Assembly: GCA_964016885.1 (NCBI GenBank)
Contig: OZ024755.1
Location: 31,682,001 to 31,746,000, forward strand
Direction of reading: 5' to 3'
Source of the DNA: Eledone cirrhosa
Lineage: Eukaryota
Length of the DNA: 64,000 nt
In this document: piece after piece, positions 49,934 through 61,488 of the stretch
Numbering within the stretch: position 1 is the first letter of the stretch
How the letters are laid out: every line of letters starts with the position of its first letter
The notes under the pieces: model-generated
What the model saw: the letters and a program-made list of their open reading frames with translations, nothing else
Told to the model about the DNA's origin: nothing
Database searches by the model: none
Position numbers and translations under genes: made by a program

Positions 49934-50321
49934 ATCATCATCATCATCATCGTTTAACGTCCATATTCCACGCTTGCATGGGTTTGGACGGGAGTTTTCC
50001 CACTTGAGGCAAGAGCGGTTGTCTTGCTCGCATAGGACTGTCTGGCAGGTTTTCTACGGCTGGATGCCTTTCCTAACACCAACCACATTTACAGTGTGGG
50101 ACTGGGAGGCTTTTACCGTGTTGCCTACACGGCCACATTACAGCGTGGACTGTGTGTTTTTTTGTTGTGACACCTACACGATCTCATTTGTTTCGGCCTG
50201 GATGTTGTGGCACCAACATAACTTTACATTGAAAGGGGTGGTGTGGATGGGGTGTGGGTGGTGGGACGGGGGTGTATTTTGTTAGAGGTGCCTACTGACT
50301 GTAGTAGGTTTTACTATGTAT

Positions 50322-51254
50322 TTAGGTAAGGCAGGTCTTCTCTATTACTGTGTAGCGCCAAAGATCTCGGTCCAGTGACATTGTCTTGGTGAGGTGAAAG
50401 TGTGTGAGGTCGGAGTTTATCAGCTCATCCCAGGTTTTTCTGGGTCTGCCTACTCCGTGGCTACCGTCTATCTTTATTGCCCTGCACTTTGTTATACAAC
50501 TATCGTCCTTCATGCGCATCACGTGACCATACCAACGTAGCCTTCTCTCGAGTAAACAACATCTGATCCCTCTTATTTCTAATTTTTCCCTTAGTTCGTT
50601 TATGCTTTGCCGTTCACGTATATTACTATTACACATCCAGCGGAGCATGCAAGCTTCGTTCCTCTCTAGTCTGCGTCTATCCTCTGCACACAATGCCCAG
50701 GTCTTGCCATGCAACATTGCTCGTCATATGCAGGCATCATACAGCCTGCCTTTCATTTTTAGGGAGAACCCTTTAGCGGCTAATAGTGGTATAAGTTCTC
50801 TGAACTTTTTCCATCCAGTTCTGACTCTAGCTACTGTACTTTCAGAGCACCCTCCCCCACTGCTGATTTTGTCACCCAGGTAACGGAAGCTGTCCACTAT
50901 TTCTATAGAACCATCTGTGCAATTGAAAGAGCTAGTATTCTGTGGGCACTTGCTGCTACTTATTGCACCAGAGCACCGGCCACATATAAAATCTATGTTC
51001 TTAGTTAGCTTACCTGTGATCCCACTACATCTTTTATGCACCCATACTTTGCATTTGGGACATAAAATGGAGTTTCTACCTACTCCTTTCCTACACACTG
51101 AGCATGGCCATTTCCCGGATGGGACCGGTGCCCTATTTTCCTTCCTACAAACTAGAACTTTAGTCTTAAACAGGTTAATTTTAAGGCCTTTTGATTCTAG
51201 GCCATGCTTCCATGTTTGGAATTTCTTCTCTAGTTCGGCCATTGATTCAGCTAT
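50322..51254 (-). mobile_element. RTE LINE 3' part, lightly decayed
   Basis: Two long ORFs in different frames: Cys-rich finger, FRYLGD, GWKKFRE, ERRLRWYGHVMRM, GRPRKTW. Confidence 0.9.
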
Positions 51255-52490
51255 ATATATATATATATATCATCATCGATTAACGTCCATCTTCCACGCT
51301 AGCAAGGGTTAGATGGGTTTGTCCCATTTTGAGGCAAGTTGTATCGGGTGACCGTGTCTCGCTCATATAGGGGTGTTTCTGGCTGGATGTCCTTCTTAAT
51401 GCCAACCACATTTACAGTGTGGGCTGGGTGCTTTATATATAAAGATATATAGATATAGAGAGAGAGAATAAGAAAATGCAAAGTAGTTGCAGATGTTAAC
51501 ACATTTGAAAACATTTTACTTCTCAATGTGCTCAGTAAATCTCTCATCTAGCTGCTTGGCATCGACATATGAAACTTCATATATTATTCAATATATTTTT
51601 ATGACAACATACTGAGATAAACATCAGTGGAATATAGATTATCAATTTATATTTAATCCATTCTGTGTAAAGAACAGACAAGACTTTCCATTACTATTGG
51701 GGCTTTCACTAAGCCTTGTAGTATCAGCTAATATTATAATAGGATTAAGCCAGTGTTAATTACAGGAGATTTGTGTGTGTGTATATATATACAGATACAT
51801 AATTATATATATATACACACATATATATAGAGAGAGATACATATATACAGATATATGTATATATATACATACATCAACATCATCATCATTTTACATCCGC
51901 TTCTCCCTGCTTGCAAGTTACATATATATATACATATATATATATATACCAGTGGCGAAGGGTAAGAAGATTAACCTGGGCATGCAGTCCAATCGCCATG
52001 GCGGAAAGTGGGGCTCTGCAGCCTTAACCCCCCCAAATGACCCTCCCGGTCAAAGCCACATGTAGTGTTATCTAGTGTGTGTGTGTGTGTGTTATCTTTT
52101 TTTGTGTCTACGATTTAGTAAGCAGCCAAAATTCTGCTTCCTTCAACCGACGCAATTGATCAACTCAAGATTCTGTAACACATGCACTGCATGCACGGAC
52201 CCTTCGCCCCTGATATATATATCTTATATATATATATATGTGCTTATATATTTATGTTTATATATAAATGTGTGCGTATATACATACATATATATATATA
52301 AGCACATGCATATATACCCACACATACACACATACACACATATATATCATTGTTTCAGCTTGTGACACACAAGCTGAAACCACTGTGTCGGTCAGGATTT
52401 TACACATCTCTGTACCTCCGACTGCAATGGTCACCTCTGTCTCAGCACTGCAGACTCTATATATACATTATATGCACACAAACACACATA

Positions 52491-52819
52491 TCATCATTTT
52501 ATGTCCGCCTCTTCCTGCTTGCAAGGGTGGAACGGGAACTGATTCTGGCTTGATTTCTACAGCTGGATGCCCTTCCTAACACCAACCTCATTTACAGTGA
52601 GTGCTGGGTGCTTTTTTGCCGTGGCACCTCCACGACCACTTTGCAGTGGAATGATAGGGACCCCAGTCCCTATCATCTCATTTCTACAGCTGAGTAAGCT
52701 GGAGCAATGTGAAATAAAGTGTCTTGTTCAAGGAAACAACACATCACCCGGTCTGAGAATTGAACTCACAACCTTTCGATTGCAAGGCCAATGCTCTAAC
52801 CACTAAGCCATGTGCCTCC
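52491..52819 (-). mobile_element. Full-length tRNA-derived SINE
   Basis: Reverse complement of 49135-49481 with few differences; a third, internally deleted copy is at 54104-54385. Confidence 0.85.
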
Positions 52820-52927
52820 TCATATATATACATATGAAGTATTTCCGTAGGAATGGTAAAGGAAAGGAGAGTGCTCTATGTAAGCTACAGAGCTATTTAA
52901 TTATGTAATAAACAACATAAGACAATT

Positions 52928-53002
52928 ATTCCATTTACCAAAGGTTTCACGAAGACAGACAAGCCCAACAGAGACATCTGAAATCGCTCATCAGAATGAA
53001 AA
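52928..53002 (-). ncRNA. Type I hammerhead ribozyme motif (family A), left arm of palindrome
   Basis: Exact reverse complement of 53031-53105. Confidence 0.75.
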
Positions 53003-53030
53003 TTTAATATGGATGTAAGAGCATATTAAA

Positions 53031-53105
53031 TTTTCATTCTGATGAGCGATTTCAGATGTCTCTGTTGGGCTTGTCTGTCTTCGTGAAACCTTTGGTAAAT
53101 GGAAT
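53031..53105 (+). ncRNA. Type I hammerhead ribozyme motif (family A), right arm of palindrome
   Basis: tttcatt-CTGATGA-gcga ttt caga...tctg tct tcgt-GAAA-cc-ttt-gg-TA-aatggaa. GUA cleavage triplet; predicted cut after 53097. Confidence 0.78.
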
Positions 53106-53376
53106 AATTGTCTTATGTTGTTTATTACATAATTAAATAGCTCTGTAACCTAGATAGAGCACTCTCTTTTCCTTTATCCTTCCTACGGAAATACTTCATA
53201 TATTACCATCATTTAACGTCTATCTTCCTCGCTAGCATGGGTTAGACGGGAGTTGTCCCACTTGAGGCAAGGTTGGTCGGATGACCGTGTCTCGCTCGTA
53301 TAGGAGTAACTGGCAGGTTTTCTACAGCTGGATGCCCTTCCAAACACCAACCACATTTATAGAGAGAGAGAGAGAT

Positions 53377-53780
53377 AATACGTGAATTTGTATATCTATG
53401 AATTTGAAAACTGATGGTATAGCGCCATCTAGTGTATTCCAACAGAAGCTAAATAAGGGTAGCTTGCAATGATGACGTTATCATTTCTGACTCTGGTTGT
53501 TATCAAGCTAGTGCTCCCTGCTGAAACTTAATATAAGTTCAAACATACAGTTTACAAGTATGTACATGGGCTGATCATCCACATTTGCATATAGAGTATT
53601 GACAGGAAGATAAAATAAGGGCATTAACTCTAACATAGCTTTATATATAAGATATGTGAATGTATATATCTGACATCATCATTGCTAGCTACCCTTACTT
53701 AACTTCTGTTGGAACACATTAGATGGCACTAAGCCATCAGTTTTCAGATTCCTAGCTGAATGCATACAAATTCACATATT
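53377..53780. mobile_element. MITE with ~100 bp imperfect terminal inverted repeats
   Basis: aatacgtgaatttgtat...gcaatgatga versus tcatcattgc...atacaaattcacatatt. Confidence 0.75.
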
Positions 53781-53814
53781 TCATATACAAAGCTATGTTA
53801 CAGTTTATGCCCTT

Positions 53815-54385
53815 CATCATCATTTTACGTCCGCTTTTCTCTGCTTGCAAGGGTGGGATGGGTCCTATTCAGCACAGCGTCTCTCCACTTGTCACAGTCC
53901 TTCGTCATCTCCTCCGTGAGCTTCAGTGATCTGGGGTCTGCTCTCACCACCTCTGCCCATGTTTTTTGTGGTCTTCCTCTACTGGCACTTCTTTACCCAG
54001 CGGTCATCCTCCATGCGCATCACATGTCCATACCATCTCAGTCTTCTCTCCCGCTCACTACAACTTATCCCTCTTATACAGTTTCTCTCTCAACTATATG
54101 TGTATCATCATCATCATCATTTTACGTCCGCTTTTCCCTGCTTGCAAGGGTGGGACGGGAACAGACTCTGGCTTGATTTCTACAGCTGGATGCCCTTCCT
54201 AACACCAACCTCATTTACAGTGAGTGCTGGGTGCTTTTTTACCGTGGCACCTCCACGACCACTCTACAGCTGAGTAAACTGGAGCAATGTGAAATAAAGT
54301 GTCTTGCTCAAGGAAACAACACATCACCCAGTCTGAGAATTGAACTCACAACCTTTCGATTGCAAGGCCAATGCTCTAACCACTA
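53815..54385 (-). mobile_element. RTE 3' fragment plus adjacent SINE
   Basis: Same sequences as 26686-26950 and 52491-52819. Confidence 0.8.
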
Positions 54386-54723
54386 CACACACATATATGT
54401 ATGTGTGTGTTTGTATAAACTTTTTGGAATGATGAGGAAGGTAGCGTAGAAATAGTTGGTAGTTTCTCTAAGTTAGGTGACCTAATTTGTGGTAAAGAAG
54501 GTCACAATGAAAGTTTCTTTAATCTAGATGACCAACTGTATATCCTCAAATATAAACTGAAGAATATGGGGGGAGGGGCACTTATATTCTCCATCTAAAC
54601 ATATGTTGATTAGCTACTTCGGTTTATAATCGGGGTTTGGACTTTTGTCCATTTCTCAGACATAAAAAGGGGATCAGCTTATATTTGAGTATATATGATA
54701 ATTAGTAGTGGAGGTCACTGTTG

Positions 54724-54756
<33 letters not shown>

Positions 54757-54760
54757 TGTA

Positions 54761-55738
54761 TGAGGGTGGATTGAAAAGTTGACTATGAAGGAGTGATGCT
54801 AGAGCTGTGAAATCTTGCATGCATTAATTTCAACTCTTATTAATAACTGTATTGTTTCTTTCCAGGTAAACTGACATCTGACTGTTCAAAGAAGACCTTT
54901 AAAGTAACTAGTAGTGACTCCTCTTGAAGATGGACCAAATTTGGCACTTTAGTGTTATTAAGTACCGGCAGAAAAAGGGTTTAGCTCCCAAGGATATTCA
55001 TGCTGACACGGTTGCTACATTAGAAGATGAAGCTCTGGCTTTATCAACAGTTCAAATGTGGGCAGCTGAATTTAGGAGAGGAGGGGAGTCTTGAAGATGA
55101 CCCAAGGTCTGGACATCTTACAACTGCCATCACCGAGGAAAACATTGATTGTGTTCACCTCATTGTGATTGACTATAAATCAAATGGCCAATGTTATTAG
55201 TATATCTCATGAAAGAGTTGAGAATATTCTGCACAATGAACTTGGCATGACAAAGGTTTCTGATACCTGATCAAAGGTGCACCAGGCTGATCATATTACA
55301 GGAAAATCTGACATTGTTTGAGGCAGATCCAGCTGGTTTCCTTGAATGTTTCTTAATCCAGGATGAGTGTTGGGTTCATCACTTTGAGCCAGAGACAAGG
55401 TGACAATCCATGCAGTGGAAACACCCCTCCTTACCTGCTCCAAAGAAGTCCAAGGTCATTTCATTTGCAAGGAAATAGCCTCAGTTTTTGGGGGTGCAAA
55501 AGGCCACACTATCAATGGAGAGTACTATGCCAACTAAGGCAGTTATGAAAGGCTATGAAGACCAAACACCCAGGAAAACTAACAAAAGGGGTCTTGTTTC
55601 ATAAAAACAATGATCCAGTACACAAGTCCTTGGTTTCAGTGGCTGCTGTGTGTGAGTGTGGCTTTGAACTCCTTATTATCCTGATTTGGCCCCATCTGAC
55701 ATGAAAAAACACTTAACTGCAGTTGATGATTTTTTTGA
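54761..55738 (+). mobile_element. Degenerate mariner transposon
   Basis: TA-tgagggtggattgaaaagtt terminus. Remnants KGLAPKDIHAD, STVQMWAAEFRRG, LEDDPRSG, QDECWVHHFEPET, HKNN and YYPDLAPSD. Confidence 0.85.
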
Positions 55739-55961
55739 AAGACACTGTCATTAACCCTTTCATTACCATATTTCTAATGAAAGACACTGTCATTAACCCT
55801 TTCATTACCATATTTCTAATGAAAGACACTGCCTATGTCATTAACCCTTTCATTTCCATATTTCTAATGGAAGACAGTCTATGTCTTTAACCACATTTCT
55901 AATGAAAGACACTGTCTATGTCATTAACCCTTTCATTACCATATTTCTAATGAAAGACAGT
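55739..55961. repeat. Tandem array (~5 copies, 42-48 bp) of a TTAA-MITE terminus
   Basis: gtcattaaccctttcattaccatatttctaatgaaagacact units, continuing into a MITE body to ~56195. Confidence 0.85.
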
Positions 55962-56832
55962 TTATTATTTTCAAATATGTTTGAAAATAACCAATTTGGA
56001 GGGTTTTATTAATATAACAAATGCATTATTAAGTTGGTGTTTGGATATCAAACAACTCCTGGTTCTATGATACTAAGCTTTTTACATAAAATTATGTGTC
56101 AAGGTTTTTAAATAAATACATACACTTTAAAACAAACAGTTTTGTATCATAGAACAAGTGGCAGTTTGAGGTTGTTTGACAACAAAAGTGTTACTGTCTG
56201 TATTTCCATGTTGGTGTAGGTTTGATGGATCTGTAATATGTAAACTTACTCCTGTGACATCTCAAAAGTTCCTGAGTTGTAGAGTTAATTCCTTCAAGAA
56301 ATTTAACACTGTCATGTGACATCTTAGTTACATACTTGTATATCTAAGTCAGCCTATTTTGGGGTTTCTATATACACATGTCCATAGTGATATCTGTCTA
56401 TCATCATGCGTCCACTTTCCATGTAAAACGACAATGATATATATATATATATATATATATATGTCAGTACTGATGTATATGTGTATATATATGTATAAAC
56501 ACATTTCTATGTACATGTGCCTGTACATGTATAAATCATCATTGTTATTTAATGTGGTTTTTTTTTCATGCTGACAGGGTGTAAATATATATATATATAT
56601 GTGTATGTGTTAATCTGTGTGTGTATATATATATATATATCATTATCTTCATGTGTGTATATATACATAATATTTGTTTCTGTGTGCATCTACATATGTA
56701 TACAATAAATATATTTATGTTGTATGTCTATGTTTGTACCTGTACCTGTAAGCTCAGTCTGACAGTAGTTTATGCTAAAAAGAAAATAAGACGCAAACAT
56801 ACATTACGAAATTGACTGCAGAACATTTATTT

Positions 56833-59337
56833 TCATCTGCGAAGTCTTAGAAAAAAAGCATGTTTACACTCTCTTGAGTCTGCAGGGTAATATTTATCAT
56901 AAAAGTCCAATATAAACTGCTCTGGTTTGAAACCAAACTTTTGATATAGCAACATGGCTGGATTGTTGGCAGAAACATGAAGTGTGACATCTTTGCCCAT
57001 ACAAGTCTGTATAAGATGGTAAAGTAAAAAGGAAGCAATACCTGAACGACACCATTCAGGGTGGGTAAAAAGGAAGGAAATATATGCCTCATTATATTTC
57101 ACATCTGGTACCATGAAGGCGAATCCTATAACAATCTTTCGGTATAAGACGACACAACTGAAGTCAGGGTATTGTAGGCACTCCGATAGATCAATGCCAG
57201 GCCAGAAAAACTGTTGACAAAGAGAATTCACTGATGGAATGTGTTGTGGACGGACGTAACAATAATCTATTGAATAAGTTGGAGGAGGTTTCCACAAAGG
57301 ATCATTTCGGTGTGGATACGCTCGGATTTCTTCTAAGAGACGCATTTTCAAAGGTCTGGTTTCATAGTCCCTCATGATGAAAGGTTTAAGCCACCGTGTG
57401 GTGTATGGACTACAAATACACTGTAACTGATCATCATCTGTACCAATAAGCCTGTTAATAAATAAAGGTTGTTTCTTGTTTGATTTGGGGGGATAGATTT
57501 CAGGGTGGGTCAGGAATCTACTGAGTACCCTGACATCAGCAGGATGGCAATATGATGAAGGAACACCATGAATCTGGCTATAGTCTTTGTCCACTGAGGA
57601 AGAGTTCAACATACCCAAATGATAATTAACTTCAGCATCTAAGTCAAACAGGGGTATACCTTGTTCTCTCTTCACTTGCCGTACCAGTAATTTGCGGCGA
57701 AACCTATGAAATTCAACTGGAAGTGTTGAGTTCTCGGCAATGTGGTTAAGTCGCATAAGAAGTTTCTTCTCATGGTACAAACTAACAGGAACAAACTTAA
57801 TCGTTTTGGGCTCAGGAATAATTTCTTCTACCTCTTCCTCCTCCTCCTCTTCTTCTTCATCTTTCTCCGATTCTTCTGTTTCATTTGATTTCTCTTCTTG
57901 ATCTTCACTAACTTCCTTTTTCACTGAATCTTGAGCAAGTTCTTCTGATTCCTTCATCTCTTCCTGTCGTTCAAATTTTGGAAGAAATTCATTCTGAGTA
58001 CTTAAGACTTCTCTTTTGGGGACTTTACCCAATGGAGGATTGGTAGTCTTAAAATCAAAGTTAAAATATTTGTTGCTGTTATTATTATTATTGATGGTTG
58101 TGAGTTCATTATTAGAAGAGATCTTTTCATCTGTCACTGACAAAGATGGAATAGAAAGCTGAACAGAGGAATCAGAGGTTCTTGTGAAAAGAGGTCCATT
58201 AGACTTATCATCTAGAACAGCAAACATCTCTTGCAAAGAAGGCGACAGTCGGGGAGAGGTCGGACTAGGGGAACAAGCTGGTATAGGTGAGAATGTTCCA
58301 ATATCAATTTCCATATCACTATCAGACTCATCTTTTAAGAACGGCGGAAATGGCATACTTATTTGTGATTCCAGTGATTCGGATTTTGTGGGTTCTGGGA
58401 GAGAAGGTTCTTCTTCGTCTTGTTCCATAAAATTCCCAAGTTCACCATATGCTTTGAAATCAAACGTGCAATGAGAATAGGAGGAAGATTCCGATTTAAT
58501 ATCAATGGGTTTCAATAAAGAATCTAGCTTGGGTTGTATATTAGTCGTTAAGAGATCATTACACGTAGACACAGCAAAAGTAGTTGTGGTAGTAATATCA
58601 TTTATGTTGGATCTACTGTTATTAACACTGGTCAAACTGGTGGAAGAAACCTTTGTTGGGTTTTCCACACTCGCGGTTTTTCGTTTCGTGAATGCAACAC
58701 CTTTTTCTTTCCGTTCTATCGCCACTTCCAGAGAAGACTTCTTCTGTCGGCCTCGTAAACCAGACGGGAGTATATTAACATCAACTGGAGGAGTCTTGGA
58801 GCGTTTGCGGAAGTTTTTCCACGAAGATTCTAAATTCATAAACGACATTTTACCTTCAGCTAATTTCCACCAGCCAGATTCACCTATCTCCTTTGATCCA
58901 GAAATGAAATAATTAGGACAGCCTGTTGACAGGATACCCGCAACAGTACCATGCCATAAATTCGTCTTTTTTCGGTTTCCAAACAGAAATTTCCAATGTT
59001 TGTCAATAAAAGCACATATGTGATCTTTCCAACGATAATAACCCATTTTACCTGTCCCGGTAAACTGTAAATTATATAAGGCCAGTGAAACTACATGAAT
59101 CCACTGGAGTTTCACTCTCTGACATGATTCTTGGCTGTCTGGAGAACAATTTGAGCAGGTTAATTCGAAGAAGATATCTCCCAATAACTCGGAAGGCCGA
59201 CCGTTCTGGAGACAGGTCGGGTGGAAAAGAAGACTGCACTTGACACATGTTAACATTTCTTCGTTTGGATTGGCATCGCCTCCACAATAACATTGATTAT
59301 GTCTCAGAGAAGGAGATTTCGAAACCCCTTCCATCAT
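56833..59337 (-). CDS. KAT14: KAT14/CSRP2BP (ATAC2) lysine acetyltransferase, 834 aa, single coding exon
   Basis: N-terminal PHD-like finger (CYC..C..C..FH..C..LLGDIFF..C..C) followed by WIHVVSLALYNL; FRRKLLVRQ..R..G.PLFDLD; C-terminal SPYT.R.LKPFI.RD, FFWPGIDLSECLQYPDF and GNAT fold (YISFLFTHPEW, TLHVSANNPAMLLYQKFGFK). Confidence 0.95.
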   Translation of the reverse strand: MMEGVSKSPSLRHNQCYCGGDANPNEEMLTCVKCSLLFHPTCLQNGRPSELLGDIFFELTCSNCSPDSQESCQRVKLQWIHVVSLALYNLQFTGTGKMGYYRWKDHICAFIDKHWKFLFGNRKKTNLWHGTVAGILSTGCPNYFISGSKEIGESGWWKLAEGKMSFMNLESSWKNFRKRSKTPPVDVNILPSGLRGRQKKSSLEVAIERKEKGVAFTKRKTASVENPTKVSSTSLTSVNNSRSNINDITTTTTFAVSTCNDLLTTNIQPKLDSLLKPIDIKSESSSYSHCTFDFKAYGELGNFMEQDEEEPSLPEPTKSESLESQISMPFPPFLKDESDSDMEIDIGTFSPIPACSPSPTSPRLSPSLQEMFAVLDDKSNGPLFTRTSDSSVQLSIPSLSVTDEKISSNNELTTINNNNNSNKYFNFDFKTTNPPLGKVPKREVLSTQNEFLPKFERQEEMKESEELAQDSVKKEVSEDQEEKSNETEESEKDEEEEEEEEEVEEIIPEPKTIKFVPVSLYHEKKLLMRLNHIAENSTLPVEFHRFRRKLLVRQVKREQGIPLFDLDAEVNYHLGMLNSSSVDKDYSQIHGVPSSYCHPADVRVLSRFLTHPEIYPPKSNKKQPLFINRLIGTDDDQLQCICSPYTTRWLKPFIMRDYETRPLKMRLLEEIRAYPHRNDPLWKPPPTYSIDYCYVRPQHIPSVNSLCQQFFWPGIDLSECLQYPDFSCVVLYRKIVIGFAFMVPDVKYNEAYISFLFTHPEWCRSGIASFLLYHLIQTCMGKDVTLHVSANNPAMLLYQKFGFKPEQFILDFYDKYYPADSRECKHAFFLRLRR

Positions 59338-60960
59338 ATTGTAAACTAAAATACGTTGAAGTAATCGTTAAATTTCCCAAAGTTCCTTCAGAACAAAACA
59401 TTAATATTGGCTAACTACCACACAGCTTTCTTCATTTCTATCCCTTTTTACGCTGCCCACACATTTATACAAAGAAATAGCATTAGATATACTTAAGAAT
59501 TGTGCCATGTATATTAGAATTCATTCCAAATTCATACTGGGTTGTTTATATTTATATATATATATATATATATATATCAGTGGACGAAGAAGTGTGTATG
59601 TGTAGATATACTAATCTATATATGTATGTGTAGATATATTGGTGTATATATATATTTATCAGAGTATATATAGATATATCCGTGTATATATAGATATATT
59701 AATGTATATATAGATATATCAGTGTATATGTAGTTATATCGAGCACATGTTGTGTAAATACATTTGACACAATTACCGGCAGTGTCCTGGCGATAAAACA
59801 GATTACTAAGGAAAGATAACTTTGAGCGGCGGTAAATATAATTTGCATTCGTAGCTGAACGGAATACATTTGTGAAATAACGCGATTTATTAATGAATTT
59901 ACATTTTTTCATGCTGTAACATTCGAGACATTGGTAGGAAGCAAAACAGCCAACATCGAGGGTCCTGTCGTTGTTGGCAGATAACTATACTGAAATATTA
60001 GGTAATGCTCCTGATAAGAATGCTTAGTTATTCTATCACCTTAGCCACGCCATCACCCGTGACAATATCGTGTCTTACCTTTCCCCAAAAAATATTTAGA
60101 AAACAACACTAACATTTCCTGTTGTTATGTGCAAGTCGGTGGGCATGTCTGCTTTTCTCTATTGGTATGTTACGTTTGTAAGTGATAATAAACATTATTT
60201 AATTAACTAGAATTATTATCTTCTTTAGTAAATTATATCATTAAAAAAATCCTGACCAATAAAAAAAAAAAAAATTCGTTTTTGATATTTTCGCTTCGAG
60301 TCCGGAAATTGAGTTTCATGGACAAAGGGACATAACTGTGTTATCTCTGCTATTGTAATGTCTGCTATTTGGTCTGTGTGACAATAAAGCCTCGGGGGAA
60401 ATATATTGGCCCTTTTTCATACCAAATCAGCTGGTACGACACTTGATTCTGTCATTAAATAACTGTTTATTTTAAAAGGTACATATTTATCAAAAAGACT
60501 TCCCGTCATAAATTATGTTCTTCCAAACTGCAGATGTAACATGAGAAAGTTATAGGCAGTTTCTTTAGAAAAGTGACGATGGAAAAGTCAAACTACCAAA
60601 CTTAATTCAGTTGTAAAAGAAACAATTCAATGAAAAGGAAAAAAAAGAGAGAAGACATATATAGTGTCCATAGCAGACTTACACACTACATTACACTACA
60701 GTACACACTGCATTACACAATACAGGGGATGTTGGTGTATCTAAACACAGAAGACATACACACTACATTACATACTATATTACACACTACATTACATACT
60801 ATATTACACACTACGTTACACACTACATTACATACATATTACACTACATTACACTCTGTAAAATACTGTGATAGCGTGGCTAAGGTGTAAGAATAGCTAG
60901 ACACCCTCATGAGCATTACCTGATATTTCATTAAACTGAGTTACTAATAATGACAAAACC

Positions 60961-61222
60961 TCGTTACCTGTAGACCATCACACCACATGTTAGCTGTAGA
61001 CTATCACACCACATGTTACCTGTAGACCATCTCACTACATGTTACCTGTAGACTATCACACCACATGTTACATGTAGACCATCGCACCACATGTTAGCTG
61101 TAGACCATCGCACCACATGTTACCTGTAGACCAGCACACCACGTTACCTGTAGACCATCTCACTACATGTTACCTGTAGACCATCACACTACATGTTACC
61201 TGTAGACCAGCACACCACATGT
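60961..61222. repeat. 26 bp minisatellite (gttacctgtagaccatcacaccacat), about 10 copies
   Basis: Seen directly in sequence. Confidence 0.95.
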
Positions 61223-61488
61223 TTCAAATGATTGAAAGATATTATTTTCTGATAAAACATTGAAGGAAAAAAAAAGAAAAGAAAAAAAAAAGATACGGGC
61301 TGTGTGAAGTAACTTGACTTTTATTATTCATTGAGGGAGATATAGCTACTATTTCGAGCAGGTCAAATGACCATATTAGGAGCCTGTAATGAAAGAATTC
61401 AGTACTTTAGTGAGCAATCAACGACAATATCTGTAATAACTTGACATGTCTACAAGGTTAGGGTTAGTTGCTGAGATGAACAACTAGC

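Larger units (their letters stand above)
52832..53201. repeat. 370 bp near-perfect palindrome (~180 bp arms, 10 nt loop)
   Basis: Arms are reverse complements. About 6 mismatches are confined to the outer ~60 bp; loop gatgtaagag at 53012-53021. Confidence 0.95.

Noticed and set aside
59750-60330. Divergent + strand gene or bidirectional promoter upstream of KAT14 (CpG-richer, CCGGAA motif, donor-like site at ~60001)
   Set aside because: No coding exons on + could be identified downstream; the motifs are too short to support a call.
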